From positions 15,024 through 79,023 of the forward strand of contig CAWHMU010000016.1 in assembly GCA_963830365.1 (NCBI GenBank): a stretch of 64,000 nt of DNA, given 5' to 3'. Positions 1 through 11,031 of the stretch are shown here, one piece after another. This stretch comes from an uncultured Chlamydiae bacterium. Lineage in GTDB: Bacteria > Chlamydiota > Chlamydiia > Chlamydiales > Parachlamydiaceae. How positions within the stretch are numbered: the stretch's first letter is position 1; every line of letters begins with the position of its first letter. Below the pieces are notes generated by a model. The model did not search any database. It was not told where the DNA came from and saw only the letters and a program-made list of their open reading frames with translations. A program made the position numbers and the translations under genes.

Positions 1-16
1 TCCATTTCTTCGCGGC

Positions 17-58
17 AAAAAAAAGCTACTCAACGGCCATGTATAGCCGATGAGTAGC
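17..58 (-). terminator. Rho-independent terminator downstream of euo
   Basis: Minus strand reads GCTACTCA-TCGGC-loop-GCCGT-TGAGTAGC followed by T8, about 100 nt past the euo stop. Confidence 0.6.
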
Positions 59-156
59 AAGAATGTTTTCATTGAAATGAAAATTTTTTAAGCCGGAAAT
101 GACACAATCACGTCATTTCCAAACTTAAAAAACTTAAATCAGCGTCCGGAAAAAAA

Positions 157-591
157 TTAGCAAACTTTCTTGCTACCTTTTTTGCCGAGATGCTTTTCAG
201 CGTATGCTTTGACATCATCATTATGGATGACCCAAGCGGCGCCTTTGCGCTGGGCTGAGAGCTGTCCAATGCGTGTCGCATAGTAGATCTTCTGGGCTGG
301 TACGCTGAGCATACGAGCCACTTGGCTGATCGAATGGAATCCTTTGGCATTGTCGAAAAGCAATTCGCCATTGAAAACGGATTTCGAACGTGAATATTTC
401 TGTTTGCGATACGATTCTAGATCATCGAGATGGATGGTCCAGCGTGTCGTTTCTTTGCTAGCTTTAAGTTTATTCAATTTAATAGCTACGTAAATAGCCT
501 GCCGCGTTACTTTATTCAACTTGGCAGCCTCGGTAATAGAAACCAGCTTGTTTTCTGGAATCACGACTTGATTATTTTTATTTTTAGGCAT
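157..591 (-). CDS. euo: Chlamydial early transcriptional repressor EUO (two excisionase-like HTH domains)
   Basis: Motifs LVSITEAAKLNKVTRQAIYVAIK and KIYYATRIG..RKGAAWVI; GGAGG RBS before ATG 591; adjacent to tsp as in Chlamydiae. Confidence 0.85.
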   Translation of the reverse strand: MPKNKNNQVVIPENKLVSITEAAKLNKVTRQAIYVAIKLNKLKASKETTRWTIHLDDLESYRKQKYSRSKSVFNGELLFDNAKGFHSISQVARMLSVPAQKIYYATRIGQLSAQRKGAAWVIHNDDVKAYAEKHLGKKGSKKVC

Positions 592-980
592 ACTGCCTCC
601 TATGTTATTTATCATTATTTACTAATTAAAGTATACTTGACCACCTTGTCAGAATACTCTGGGGAATGCAGCTTGGTCCCTAGCGGCCCTGTTTTCTACA
701 AATCCCCAATCTTTTGGTGGATCAAAGCAATGATTGTGACATAAAAAAGAATTGAAATCAAGCTTTTCTTTACAGAAATTTAAATTCTTTCTCATATGAC
801 ATTAGGAACATGCAAAAATCCTTGCTATCGAAGCTCTATTTTTCAGTGTTTGGCAGCGCTGCCATAGATATAGTTAGTCCGAAAATTTCCATAGCACAAA
901 ACCATCGCCGCCGTTATAATGCGGCTGGATGTGGTGATTTATAATTTAATGCCGGCTTGAGCATTTTTTAAAGGATTTCT

Positions 981-2942
981 ATGCAACGCAAACTTTCCAT
1001 TTTCAACCTGGTTTTCCTGGCATTTTCGCTGTTTTTTTCTCCGATCAGCAGCCACGCCAAACTCCCCGAGCTCACGCCGAAAAACACCTCTGAAAAAATC
1101 AACGAGATCATGAAGGAACATGCCACCTACAAAAAACTCACGCCTGAACTCGTGAGACGCATCCTGAAAAACTATCTGGAAGAACTGGATCCCACCAAGA
1201 CATACTTCATCGAATCCGATATCCACCAATGGCTAGAGCCGACAGACGCCCTTGTCGACACCATCCTGCAAGAGTTCGATAACAGCGATTTCCATACCTT
1301 CGATGAAATCCACACCGCCATGGTAGCAGCCATCCACCGGCGCATGGAACTGCAAAAGGAAATCGACGCGATGCCCTTGCCTAAAGATGTCAAAGCCAAA
1401 GAATTCAAAGACATGAAATGGGTCGCCACCCAACAGGAATTGATCGACCGACTGCTCAGAATCAAATCTCTGCAAATCGAAACCGCCTCAAAACTAAACG
1501 AAGAGACTAAAGAGAAATCCCTGCAAAGGATCGCCAAGCGCCAGACGAAATACGAAGAAAGCATTTTAACTCAAGACCCCATCCAAAGGCAACGCCTGAT
1601 GCTCAGTAACCTCCTGAAGGCTACAGCAGCCTCTCTGGACGCCCATACCAACTACCTGACGCCGGACGAAGCCACCCAATTCATGATCAACGTCCAGCAA
1701 CGCCTGTTCGGCATCGGCGCCCAATTGCGCGATGACCTCAACGGCTTTACGGTAGTCAAACTTGTCGAAGGCGGCCCGGCAGCCCTTAGCAAAGAACTGA
1801 AAGCCAAAGACCGCATCATCGCGGTCAATGGCGAACCAGTGGTGGGCATGGACATCACCGATGCCGTCGACCTCATCCGCGGCGAAGAAAACACCCCAGT
1901 CACCCTCACCGTCATCCGCCAAAGCGGCGATGACAAAGATAAAAAAGAGGAAAAACTCGACATCACCCTGAAGCGCGCTGAAGTAGTCCTGAAAGAAACC
2001 CGCTATGACGACTCCTACGAACCCTACGGCGATGGCGTGATCGCCTATCTCAGGCTGCATTCCTTCTATCAGGATCCCGACAGCTCCTCTGCCGACGACC
2101 TTGCCAAGGCTCTCACTAAAATTAAAGAACAACACAATGTCAAAGGCGTCATCCTCGACCTGCGCTTCAACTCCGGCGGCATCTTAGCCCAGGCCGTGAG
2201 CGTCACAGGGCTCTTCATCACCAAAGGCGTCGTCGTCTCCATCAAAGATGATGCCGGCAACATCCAGCACTTGCGCGAACTCGAAAGCAAAATCGACTGG
2301 GATGGTCCGCTAATAGTATTGATCAACCGCAGCAGCGCCTCCGCCTCCGAAATCGTCGCCCAGACCCTGCAAGACTATGGCAGAGCTATCATCGTCGGCG
2401 ACGATCACAGCTTCGGCAAAGGCTCGTTCCAGACCTTCACCCTCAATGCCACCAACAAAAACGATGCCGTCAATCCCCAAGGCGAATACAAAGTCACGCG
2501 CGGCCGCTATTATACCGTCTCCGGCAAAACACCCCAGCTGACCGGCGTGCTGGCCGATATCGTCGTGCCTGGCCCTCTGAGTGAAGCCGAAATCGGCGAG
2601 AAATTCAGCAAATACCCCCTCGATAACGACAGCATCCCCCCCAGCTATGATGACGATCTGATGGACATCCCCTACCTGCAACGCAACAAAATCAAAATCC
2701 TCTATAAATATGATCTACAACAGCGCCTCAATAGCTACGAAAAATATATGCCCATGCTAAAAGAAAACTCCGCCCTGCGCATCGCCAACAATAAAAATTA
2801 CCAGGATATGCTCAAAGACATCAAGAAAAGCGATGACACCGATGTCGAAGAAGAACATCCCGAAAACTACGGCCGCACCGACCTGCAACTGAGAGAAACC
2901 TACAACATCATGCGCGACCTGCTCTACTTAGAAAAGAAGTAA
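981..2942 (+). CDS. tsp: Tail-specific (C-terminal processing) protease, S41 family with PDZ domain
   Basis: Signal peptide, LDAHT, GIGA PDZ, DLRFNSGG, SASASEI, SFGKGS motifs. Confidence 0.92.
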   Translation: MQRKLSIFNLVFLAFSLFFSPISSHAKLPELTPKNTSEKINEIMKEHATYKKLTPELVRRILKNYLEELDPTKTYFIESDIHQWLEPTDALVDTILQEFDNSDFHTFDEIHTAMVAAIHRRMELQKEIDAMPLPKDVKAKEFKDMKWVATQQELIDRLLRIKSLQIETASKLNEETKEKSLQRIAKRQTKYEESILTQDPIQRQRLMLSNLLKATAASLDAHTNYLTPDEATQFMINVQQRLFGIGAQLRDDLNGFTVVKLVEGGPAALSKELKAKDRIIAVNGEPVVGMDITDAVDLIRGEENTPVTLTVIRQSGDDKDKKEEKLDITLKRAEVVLKETRYDDSYEPYGDGVIAYLRLHSFYQDPDSSSADDLAKALTKIKEQHNVKGVILDLRFNSGGILAQAVSVTGLFITKGVVVSIKDDAGNIQHLRELESKIDWDGPLIVLINRSSASASEIVAQTLQDYGRAIIVGDDHSFGKGSFQTFTLNATNKNDAVNPQGEYKVTRGRYYTVSGKTPQLTGVLADIVVPGPLSEAEIGEKFSKYPLDNDSIPPSYDDDLMDIPYLQRNKIKILYKYDLQQRLNSYEKYMPMLKENSALRIANNKNYQDMLKDIKKSDDTDVEEEHPENYGRTDLQLRETYNIMRDLLYLEKK

Positions 2943-3005
2943 CTGACCCTGTCATGTTCGCTTATGGGCATGCTGGACCCGATACACACAAGAGGCATGC
3001 CTCTC

Positions 3006-3326
3006 TTTTGGATAAGCGCATAATTATTAAAACTGCGCAATAGTGTTTGGAGCCTCCAAGCGACTTCGTCTCTCACATCAGAAAGTAAATCTCGTAGCGC
3101 GGTTAGAAACTGCGCAACGCGTTTGGAGTGCGCAGCTCCTGCTGCGCTTTTCTTGGAATACATGTTGGCAGAAAGTAATGAAATGTTTTATGCAGGCATC
3201 TGATACTTGCGACGTGCTAAGCTCTCTCATTCCATTTCACCAATATCCGTTCCTGGAAAAGCGCAGCAGGAGCTGCGCACTCCAAACGCTATCGCGCAGC
3301 TTTAATCCTTGCGCGCTTATCCAAAA
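3006..3326. repeat. Palindromic intergenic element carrying an inverted pair of TTTGGAGTGCGCAGCTCCTGCTGCGC REP-like hairpins
   Basis: Outer inverted ends ttttggataagcgc/gcgcttatccaaaa; inner copies near 3121 and 3257-3290 in opposite orientation. Confidence 0.7.
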
Positions 3327-3462
3327 CCGGCGGTATTCATCATGGCCAAGCTTATACTAAGGGAGTCCAGAGGACGAAGTCCTTTGGGGTGGTTTGGGCT
3401 TGGAAGATTTGGGGAGATCGTGTAAAATGGTGGTTAGTTTTAACATAAGGGATCGTTTAATC

Positions 3463-4995
3463 ATGACAGTTCGCGTACGTATTGCCCCATCTCCGACGGG
3501 AGACCCGCATGTGGGTACGGCCTATATGGCACTTTTCAATTTAATTTTCGCGCGCCATTTTGGCGGCAAGTTCATTTTGCGCATTGAAGATACGGATCGC
3601 TCGCGCAGCCGTCCGGAATATGAGCAGAATATCTATAAGGCGCTTGGCTGGTGCGGCATACGCTGGGATGAAGGCCCTGATGTGGGAGGGCCTTACGGAC
3701 CCTACCGCCAGTCGGAGCGTTTTGACCTCTATAAGAAGCATTGCCAGGATTTGCAGGACAATGGCAAGGCCTATAAATGCTTTTGCACCGCGCAGGACCT
3801 CGACGAGATGCGCCAGGTGTTGGCCAAACAGGGCGGACGCCAGGGATATGACCGGCGCTGCCGCAATTTGAGCGAGGCCGAGATTTGCGAAAAGGAAGCT
3901 GCCGGCATGCCGTATGTGGTGCGCCTCAAGATGCCGCTCACAGGTGAATGCGTCTATGCAGACGCTATCAAAGGGCGAATCACCTCCCCTTGGGCTGATG
4001 TCGACGACCAGGTCTTATTGAAATCCGATGGTTTCCCTACCTATCATTTAGCTAATGTCGTGGACGACCATTTGATGGAGATCACGCATGTCATCCGCGG
4101 CGATGAATGGATGAGTTCAACTCCCAAGCATGTATACCTATACGAAGCCTTTGGCTGGCAGCCGCCGGTATTTATGCATATGCCGCTGTTGCTGGGCAAA
4201 GACGGTAAAAAGCTCTCCAAACGCAAGAACCCCTGCTCGATCTTTTTTTACCGCGACAGCGGCTTTTTGCCTGAAGCTTTCCTCAATTTCTTGACGCTGA
4301 TGGGTTACAGCATGACCGGCGACAGGGAAGTTTATGCCTTGGACGATATCATCAAAGAATTTGACGCCTCGCGCATCGGCGTATCGGGAGCTGTCTTCGA
4401 TGTCCAAAAGCTTGAATGGCTGAACCAGCAATACCTGATCAAGAACATCCCTGAGGACAAGCTGTGGGAGCGCCTCAAGGAATGGACTTTCAATGACGAC
4501 TATATGCTTAAGCTGATGCCGCTGGTGCATTCGCGCATCAAGACTTTCGGCGATTTCATCGACCTCTGCGATTTCTTATTCATCAACCATCTGAAATACA
4601 CCCATGAGTTGTTTGCTAATAAGACGGTATCGGCGGAAAGCCTGGCCTTGCTTATCCAAGGGATCATTTGGCGGCTCGATGAGCAGGAAAGTTGGGGCAG
4701 CGCCGCCCTAAACCAGGCTTCACGCGAGGTGGCCGAAGCTTTCGGCGTCAACCACAAAAAGGTGATCATGCCGCTGCTATTTGCCTCTATCATGGGAAAA
4801 CTGCAGGGACCGCCCCTGTTTGATTCCGTGGGTATCCTGGGCAAAGACCGCGCGCGCGCGCGCTTCCTAAAGACCATCGAATTCCTTGGCGGCATCTCCA
4901 ATAAGAAGATGGACGCCCTAAAGAAGGTTTGGGAAAAGCGCGACTGCAAGTCTTTGATACAAGAACCTGTGCTTGAACAGCTGGCGCAGAAATAA
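3463..4995 (+). CDS. gltX: Glutamate--tRNA ligase
   Basis: [13 protein letters not shown] (HIGH), LRIEDTD, KLSKR (KMSKS) motifs; start placed at ATG 3463. Confidence 0.95.
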   Translation: MTVRVRIAPSPTGDPHVGTAYMALFNLIFARHFGGKFILRIEDTDRSRSRPEYEQNIYKALGWCGIRWDEGPDVGGPYGPYRQSERFDLYKKHCQDLQDNGKAYKCFCTAQDLDEMRQVLAKQGGRQGYDRRCRNLSEAEICEKEAAGMPYVVRLKMPLTGECVYADAIKGRITSPWADVDDQVLLKSDGFPTYHLANVVDDHLMEITHVIRGDEWMSSTPKHVYLYEAFGWQPPVFMHMPLLLGKDGKKLSKRKNPCSIFFYRDSGFLPEAFLNFLTLMGYSMTGDREVYALDDIIKEFDASRIGVSGAVFDVQKLEWLNQQYLIKNIPEDKLWERLKEWTFNDDYMLKLMPLVHSRIKTFGDFIDLCDFLFINHLKYTHELFANKTVSAESLALLIQGIIWRLDEQESWGSAALNQASREVAEAFGVNHKKVIMPLLFASIMGKLQGPPLFDSVGILGKDRARARFLKTIEFLGGISNKKMDALKKVWEKRDCKSLIQEPVLEQLAQK

Positions 4996-4999
4996 GGCT

Positions 5000-5610
5000 C
5001 TATTTGAAACAAATCGGCATGCTAGCACTGAAGGTCTAGTTATACCATGATAGAGGCGGAAGCATGTAGCCATAGGTGTCAACCTATGGGATAAAATGTA
5101 GCATTAATAGAGCCGTGAATACGGCGACAGCAACTTCAAGGGAAGCTAAATTAGATACAATGATTATAGCATATAATATCCTTTAGTCATTGCTGTCGCC
5201 GTATTCACGGCTTTGTTTCTAAACATTCGATGACCACATGCTGACGCATGTGGCTACATGCTTCCGCCTCTAGCGAGGCTTTAAAAATGTTCTCATGGCT
5301 TGCGCCCTGTCGCTTATATGGCAGCACTAGCTCAACCCCTGCCTTCACAGGGCGAACGTGCAATTTGAAATTTTGTATGATGTGTTTTTGCAACGTCATC
5401 GATTAATTTACATAAGGCGAGGGTCTCATTTGAGGGAGCTGCAAAAATAGCGTCTGATGAGTTTTCGGCATTATTTATCTAAATTTGGCGCTCGCTGTAA
5501 ATCCACATACTCCTAAGAGTAGGGGGTTTACGGCGAGCACCAAATTTAGATAAAGGTGCAAAAAATCATCGGCGGTATTTTTGCAACTCCCTCATTTGTG
5601 TGATGAACCA
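5000..5610. repeat. Dispersed palindromic repeat family A, copy 1 (REP-doublet/MITE-like)
   Basis: Core gatagaggcggaagcatgtagccataggtgtcaacctatgg..agccgtgaatacggcgacagcaa and its inverted copy; recurs at ~12613, ~32712, ~45670, ~51270/52120. Confidence 0.85.
5432..5593. mobile_element. 162-bp MITE (family G) inserted in the right terminus of family A
   Basis: TIRs GAGGGAGCTGCAAAAATA / TATTTTTGCAACTCCCTC; flanking ATTT duplicated. Confidence 0.7.
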
Positions 5611-5627
5611 GAAATAAAGGCGTTTAA

Positions 5628-6773
5628 TTGATGTTTGATAACGTATACGATTGCTGTGACTTTACGGTAGCGACCCTGGATGGCGTCTATGGCTGGGCCA
5701 GCGAGATGATTGCCATTGTGACTATCGTCTTCGTCTTCACCTTCATTGCAAAAATCGTGCTGCAGCGTCTCCAGCTGCGCTTTGAACAACAGGGAAAGAT
5801 TTGGAAGGACAGCTTCGTCAAAGCCCTTTATCTGCCATTGAGCTATTTAGTCTGGTTCTTTGCCATCATCCAATCCCTAGCCCTTATCGCCGCGCGCATC
5901 TATAAGGAATTCCCCAGCGAAGACCGCCACCTGGTGATCGGTGTCGGTGCCCTATTGGCTTTTACCTGGTTTTTGCTGCGCTGGAAGAATTTTATTGTGC
6001 AGCATATGCTTACCCTGCGTATATCCAAAAAAATAGCCCTCGACCGCGGTAAAATTGCAGCGCTGAATAAATTAGCCACCGTCGCCATCATCTTTTTCTC
6101 CATTCTAATGCTAATGGAAATCTCCCACCGCAGCGTAACCACTATCATCGCCTTTGGCGGCATCGGCGGCTTGGCCTTGGCATTTGCATCGCAAGAGATC
6201 ATTGCCAACTTTTTTGGCGGCTTTATGATCTACCTCACACAGCCTTTCACCATCGGTGATTGGATCCTTATCCCCGACCGCAATATTGAAGGCCATGTTG
6301 AAGAGATCGGCTGGTATTTAACGCGCATCCGTTCTTTTGACAAACGCCCAATTTATATCCCCAACGCGATCTTTTCCAAACTCATTGTGATCACACCTTC
6401 GCGGATGACCCACCGCCAGATCAAAGAGACTATCGGCGTGCGCTGCGAGGATATGCCTAAAATCAAAAAAATCATTCAAGATATCCGAACGATGCTGCAA
6501 CAGCATCCCGATTTGGATAATCATCAACCCATCATTGCAAACTTCGCAAGCTTCGGACAATTTTCCTTAGATCTTTACATCGATGTCTATACACAGACAA
6601 TAAACAAAGCCGGCTATTTACAGATTAAAGAAGATGTTTTACTAAAGATCGCCGAAGTGTTAGAAAAAAATGGAGCAGAAATCGCCTTGCCTTTGCAACA
6701 TATTGCCTTTTCAGAAGGCATTAGCCTGCGGCAGGAAAATAAGGCCCCCCCCCCAGGTCTCGTAAGGACTTAA
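5628..6773 (+). CDS. mscS: Small-conductance mechanosensitive channel (MscS family)
   Basis: Multiple TM helices, GGLALAFASQEIIANFFGG, PFTIGDWI, GHVEEIG, IPNAIF. Confidence 0.88.
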   Translation: MMFDNVYDCCDFTVATLDGVYGWASEMIAIVTIVFVFTFIAKIVLQRLQLRFEQQGKIWKDSFVKALYLPLSYLVWFFAIIQSLALIAARIYKEFPSEDRHLVIGVGALLAFTWFLLRWKNFIVQHMLTLRISKKIALDRGKIAALNKLATVAIIFFSILMLMEISHRSVTTIIAFGGIGGLALAFASQEIIANFFGGFMIYLTQPFTIGDWILIPDRNIEGHVEEIGWYLTRIRSFDKRPIYIPNAIFSKLIVITPSRMTHRQIKETIGVRCEDMPKIKKIIQDIRTMLQQHPDLDNHQPIIANFASFGQFSLDLYIDVYTQTINKAGYLQIKEDVLLKIAEVLEKNGAEIALPLQHIAFSEGISLRQENKAPPPGLVRT

Positions 6774-6797
6774 CATCGACACATACGCTGCAACGGG

Positions 6798-7421
6798 ATG
6801 ATAATGGAAAATCTGATAAATTTCGCCTGCATGCATGCCCATTCAGCCCATTGGATCATTTTTGTGCTGTTTCTGCTGTCTGGCATCGGCTTGCCGGTGA
6901 GTGAAGACTCTTTGCTCATCCTCGGCGGCGTCATTGCCAGCACATGCATTCCGGAAGAGACCATGTTTTTGTTTGCCTGGCTTTTCGCCGGCAGCGTATT
7001 GTCTGCCTGGGAGACCTATTGGATTGGACGCTATTTCGGTCCCAAACTGTATGATATCCATTGGTTCCATTGGCTTGTCACCCCGCAGCGCATCAAAAAG
7101 CTGCACCACTATTATGAAAAATTCGGCGTATTCACTTTTATCGTCGGCAGGTTTTGCCCGGGCGGGGTGCGCAATGGCCTGTTCATTTCGGCCGGACTTG
7201 GCAAGATGCCCTTTATAAAATTCATGCTGCGCGATACTTTTGCCGCCTGCATCTCGATATCCACCATCTTTTATCTCGGCTTTTACTTCGGCACCAATTA
7301 CGGGATCATCATGCATTATCTGCATACTTATACCCATATTGTACTTGGTCTCCTGACGGCAGCAGCCGTCGCCGGAGGTTTTTATGCCTGGCGCCAAGCG
7401 AAAGGCAATACTCCGGTTTGA
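6798..7421 (+). CDS. DedA family membrane protein
   Basis: GLPVSEDSLLILGG, YWIGR, GRFCPGGVR motifs. Confidence 0.85.
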   Translation: MIMENLINFACMHAHSAHWIIFVLFLLSGIGLPVSEDSLLILGGVIASTCIPEETMFLFAWLFAGSVLSAWETYWIGRYFGPKLYDIHWFHWLVTPQRIKKLHHYYEKFGVFTFIVGRFCPGGVRNGLFISAGLGKMPFIKFMLRDTFAACISISTIFYLGFYFGTNYGIIMHYLHTYTHIVLGLLTAAAVAGGFYAWRQAKGNTPV

Positions 7422-7453
7422 CACACAACTGCTATTGTATTATGATGTATCAT

Positions 7454-7963
7454 ATGTTCACCTTACCAAACATGTTAAGCCTCATGCGTTTTCCGCTGGC
7501 GCTGCTATTCTTCCAGGATAATCCCGTCTGGCGTGGCGTGGCCCTTATTTTAGCCATGCTCACCGATGGCTTGGATGGATATGTGGCCCGCCGCTATGGA
7601 GCAACCAGCCGCATTGGCACCTTCCTTGACCCCTTGGCCGACAAGTTTTTTGTGATCACCGTCTTAGCTGTTTTAGTCAGTGAAGATAGGCTGGCAGCAT
7701 GGGAAGCTTTGGCCATTTTATGTCGCGATTTTTCGGTGATCATTTTCGGCATCTATCTGACGTTGAAGGGCACTGTTGCCGAATGGCAATTCCGCTCGAT
7801 TTGGTATGGCAAGGTTACCACTGCCATGCAATTGGCTGTGCTATTTGGCCTGACTTGCGGCCTTGCGTTCCCCCCCTTTGTTTTCATCTCCTTCATCGCC
7901 CTCGGACTGCTGGCGCTGGCAGAACTCTACCAGCAGCGCGCCAAGCTCAAAATCGAAGGCTGA
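7454..7963 (+). CDS. pgsA: CDP-alcohol phosphatidyltransferase (PgsA-like)
   Basis: TLPNMLSLMR and TDGLDGYVARR..GTFLDPLADK signature. Confidence 0.85.
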   Translation: MFTLPNMLSLMRFPLALLFFQDNPVWRGVALILAMLTDGLDGYVARRYGATSRIGTFLDPLADKFFVITVLAVLVSEDRLAAWEALAILCRDFSVIIFGIYLTLKGTVAEWQFRSIWYGKVTTAMQLAVLFGLTCGLAFPPFVFISFIALGLLALAELYQQRAKLKIEG

Positions 7964-7968
7964 TTTAC

Positions 7969-8037
7969 CCTGGAAACGGCAGTTGAGCATGTGAACATCT
8001 GCCCAATCTTTTCACATGCTCAACTGCCGTTTCTAGG
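7969..8037. mobile_element. 69-bp palindromic mini-MITE (family E) between convergent genes
   Basis: TIRs CCTGGAAACGGCAGTTG / CAACTGCCGTTTCTAGG; 5-bp TSD TTTAC at 7964-7968 and 8038-8042. Confidence 0.8.
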
Positions 8038-8038
8038 T

Positions 8039-8863
8039 TTACTTGCGAATCAAGAGGCGGGGGTTGCCAAGATTATTAGATAGCAGATAGGCCATCGCCC
8101 TGCTGGGAAGAAAGAAGCGCAGGAAAATAGCTCCCAGCTTAGTCTTCCAGTCAAAAACATGTCTGGCCTTGCCATTGCTTATCTGCTTCCATAGCTGCTC
8201 GGCGGCAAATTCTGCACTCATCGAAAACCTATTCATTGCCCGCACAGGATCTGCTGAAGCGCGTTTTGAAAAGGCAGTAGCTACCTGCCCCGGACAGGCC
8301 ACCAAAACGCGAATGCCATGCGGCCGAAACTCATAATCAAGCGATTGCGAAAGCTGGCTGACAAAAGCCTTGCTGGCAGCATACACTGCCAGGCGCGGAA
8401 ATATCAGCATATCCGCAGCTGACGAAACATTTAAAATCGTCCCTTTTTTGTCTTTGGAAAGCAGGGCGCGAGCGCTTTCTAAAGTCAGCTCCAGCACCGC
8501 TGCGGCATTGACATCGACAATTTCCATTTGCATTTTCGTGTCATAAGTCAACGCATCCCCATACAACCCGAAGCCGGCATTATTGATCATCAGATCAGGG
8601 GTATGTGCATAAATCATGGCTATTAGCCTTGCCCTGGCATCGGCATCGGCCAAATCTGCAATCAGCGTCTTTACGGGAACAATGGCTTTAAGCTCATCGG
8701 CCAGGGCGTTTAAACGCTGGCTATCGCGGCCTGTAAGCAGAAGGGGGATGCCTTGGCGGGCCAGCAGACGACAGCAAGCCGCGCCAATGCCGCTGCTGGC
8801 TCCGGTGACTAAAGCTAAAGTAAAGGGAGGATTTATCTTTGATCCGCTCTGACCCACCATCAT
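8039..8863 (-). CDS. Short-chain dehydrogenase/reductase
   Basis: TGASSGIG, NNAG, YAASK motifs; TAATG overlap with the upstream gene. Confidence 0.9.
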   Translation of the reverse strand: MMVGQSGSKINPPFTLALVTGASSGIGAACCRLLARQGIPLLLTGRDSQRLNALADELKAIVPVKTLIADLADADARARLIAMIYAHTPDLMINNAGFGLYGDALTYDTKMQMEIVDVNAAAVLELTLESARALLSKDKKGTILNVSSAADMLIFPRLAVYAASKAFVSQLSQSLDYEFRPHGIRVLVACPGQVATAFSKRASADPVRAMNRFSMSAEFAAEQLWKQISNGKARHVFDWKTKLGAIFLRFFLPSRAMAYLLSNNLGNPRLLIRK

Positions 8864-11031
8864 TAGGCATCCACGATCATCGGCACACTTTCCGCTTTCG
8901 GCTCTTGGGTGGGATATTTTACACGTGAATGGCCAAAAGCAACCAGTGTTTTGACTAACGTCAATTTTACAATCGCCAACTCTTCAAATGTCAACAAACA
9001 ATTGTCAAGCTGTCCATCGTCAGCCTTGGCTTTGATGAGGCGATTTGCCAGCTCCATCAGGCTTTCTTCATTGATCTTATCCAACGAACGGGAAGCAGCT
9101 TCTAATGAATCGGCGATCATAATGATAGAAGATTCCTTACTGCGCGGCTTGGGGCCGGCATAGCGAAATTCGCGTTCGTCTACCAGCGATTTGTCACCCA
9201 CCTTTTCCAATTGCTTGCGATAGAAGAAATAGGTAAGCGTCGTCCCATGATGCTCTTTAATAATATCAATAAACTGCTCTGGCAGTCCGGCTTTACGCGC
9301 CAACGCCACGCCCTCGCTGACATGGGCGATGATCACCTGCGCCGACTCTTGGGGCGTTAACAATTGATGGATATTCATCCCGCCCTGTTGATTTTCGGTA
9401 AAATATTGCGGTGTCACCATCTTGCCGATATCATGATATAAAGTAGACACCCGGCAGAACAATCCGTTGGCGCCTATCGCCAAAGCGGCAGATTCGGCCA
9501 AGTTACCCACCACCACCGAATGCTGGTATGTGCCTGGAGCTTCAATAGTCAGACGTCTCAGCAAGTCGTTATTGGGATCCATATATTCCATCAGCGTGAC
9601 ATCGGTCATGATGCGGAATCCTGATTCCAGCAGAGGCAGCAGTCCTACCACGATAATGGCCGTCAGCAGCATGAAAATGGCTGCACTGACGATATCGGTC
9701 AGGATGCCTACGCTCCATAAAGTGTTCTGATAAAAATGCAAAGAGAAGATGACCAGAATGCTGCACATCCAGGCTTTGCCGCAGACGATAAAGACTTCTT
9801 TGCGCCGGCGCAAAGAGCGCGTGCTCAAGATGGCCACCAGGGCTGCCGCCAGGTTGATGATCATGAAACCCTGCCGTTCGAAGGCCAGCGTCAGTGTGAA
9901 AATGATGGTGAGGAAGGCGCAGGCGAAGGTGGCAATATTTGAATTCATCAGGCTGCAAAGCAAGATGGCCGCAAAGGGAACAAGCAAGGGGTAGCGCACG
10001 ACTTCAATCAGATTCGATTTGGACGTCAACAGGAAAAATTCAACAGCTTTTGACAGGACAAAAGACAGGATGATGATAGTGACAAGTAAAAAGAGTTTGC
10101 GGTTCGAAAACAGGATCTGTGGATGGTTGATGCGAAAATATGCCACACAGATACCCGTCAATAGCAGTGTTAAACACAAACTGCCTAAAAGGGTCAATGG
10201 ATGCCATAGATTGCGTTGCTCGCTCAGCACGACCTTCATGGCCTGGAACATAGCAATATGGCGCGCTGTCACCTTTTCGCCTTGATCGATGATACGGCTG
10301 CCTGCACTTACATGCGTATATTTATCGGCTACCTTGCTTTGGATTCGGCGGCGCAGCGCGCGCTCAACATTCAAATCCTCTTCAATCATCCAGCCTTTGG
10401 TTTGGAAATAGCCGATGATAACCCCAGATGATCCCTTGTCAAAAGTTTCTTCAGGCATAGACAACTTGGTGATCGCATCCCAAATCTGTGTCGGGAAAAT
10501 AGCCTCATCCTTCAAATCTGCCGGAGTATAGACCAGGTAATATGTATCGGGCAGCTGCAGTTCGCGGATTTTCTGCAAGGTGCGTGGATCGGTGAATTTT
10601 ATCTGCGCCAGCACTTTTTCAAGGGCATCGACACCAAGATACATCTCTTCGAAGGTGCTATTGGTAGCATATTTACGCCACTCTTGGTTAGAAACAAGGA
10701 AACTTTCAAAGTCGATGCGCCGCTGCCTGATCTCTTTTTCCGAAAGCTGATAAATCTTACCCAGATCGCGCACCGCCTCCTGCCTGAGGATAATGGTGGC
10801 CTCCTCATTCAAAAAATCAAAATCGACCTGCGCGACAATATAGCCTGGAGCTATGCTGTTGAGTTCTAAAACTTCCACGCGCAGTTCACGAAAATGCAGG
10901 ATGGCAAACAGGGAAATGGTAAAAAGAATGCCGATCAACACCCTGATTCCAGTGCTCTTATCAAAATACCCCTGTTCACGGGAGAATTTCAACTCGGTAT
11001 AATTGGCAACATCGCTAGAATGGTCATTCAT
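8863..11031 (-). CDS. 7TM-HD (HDIG) phosphohydrolase, PgpH-like c-di-AMP phosphodiesterase family
   Basis: Extracytoplasmic domain, 7 TM helices, APGTYQHS, YHDIGK, EHHGT, MIADSLEAASRS. Confidence 0.88.
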   Translation of the reverse strand: MNDHSSDVANYTELKFSREQGYFDKSTGIRVLIGILFTISLFAILHFRELRVEVLELNSIAPGYIVAQVDFDFLNEEATIILRQEAVRDLGKIYQLSEKEIRQRRIDFESFLVSNQEWRKYATNSTFEEMYLGVDALEKVLAQIKFTDPRTLQKIRELQLPDTYYLVYTPADLKDEAIFPTQIWDAITKLSMPEETFDKGSSGVIIGYFQTKGWMIEEDLNVERALRRRIQSKVADKYTHVSAGSRIIDQGEKVTARHIAMFQAMKVVLSEQRNLWHPLTLLGSLCLTLLLTGICVAYFRINHPQILFSNRKLFLLVTIIILSFVLSKAVEFFLLTSKSNLIEVVRYPLLVPFAAILLCSLMNSNIATFACAFLTIIFTLTLAFERQGFMIINLAAALVAILSTRSLRRRKEVFIVCGKAWMCSILVIFSLHFYQNTLWSVGILTDIVSAAIFMLLTAIIVVGLLPLLESGFRIMTDVTLMEYMDPNNDLLRRLTIEAPGTYQHSVVVGNLAESAALAIGANGLFCRVSTLYHDIGKMVTPQYFTENQQGGMNIHQLLTPQESAQVIIAHVSEGVALARKAGLPEQFIDIIKEHHGTTLTYFFYRKQLEKVGDKSLVDEREFRYAGPKPRSKESSIIMIADSLEAASRSLDKINEESLMELANRLIKAKADDGQLDNCLLTFEELAIVKLTLVKTLVAFGHSRVKYPTQEPKAESVPMIVDA

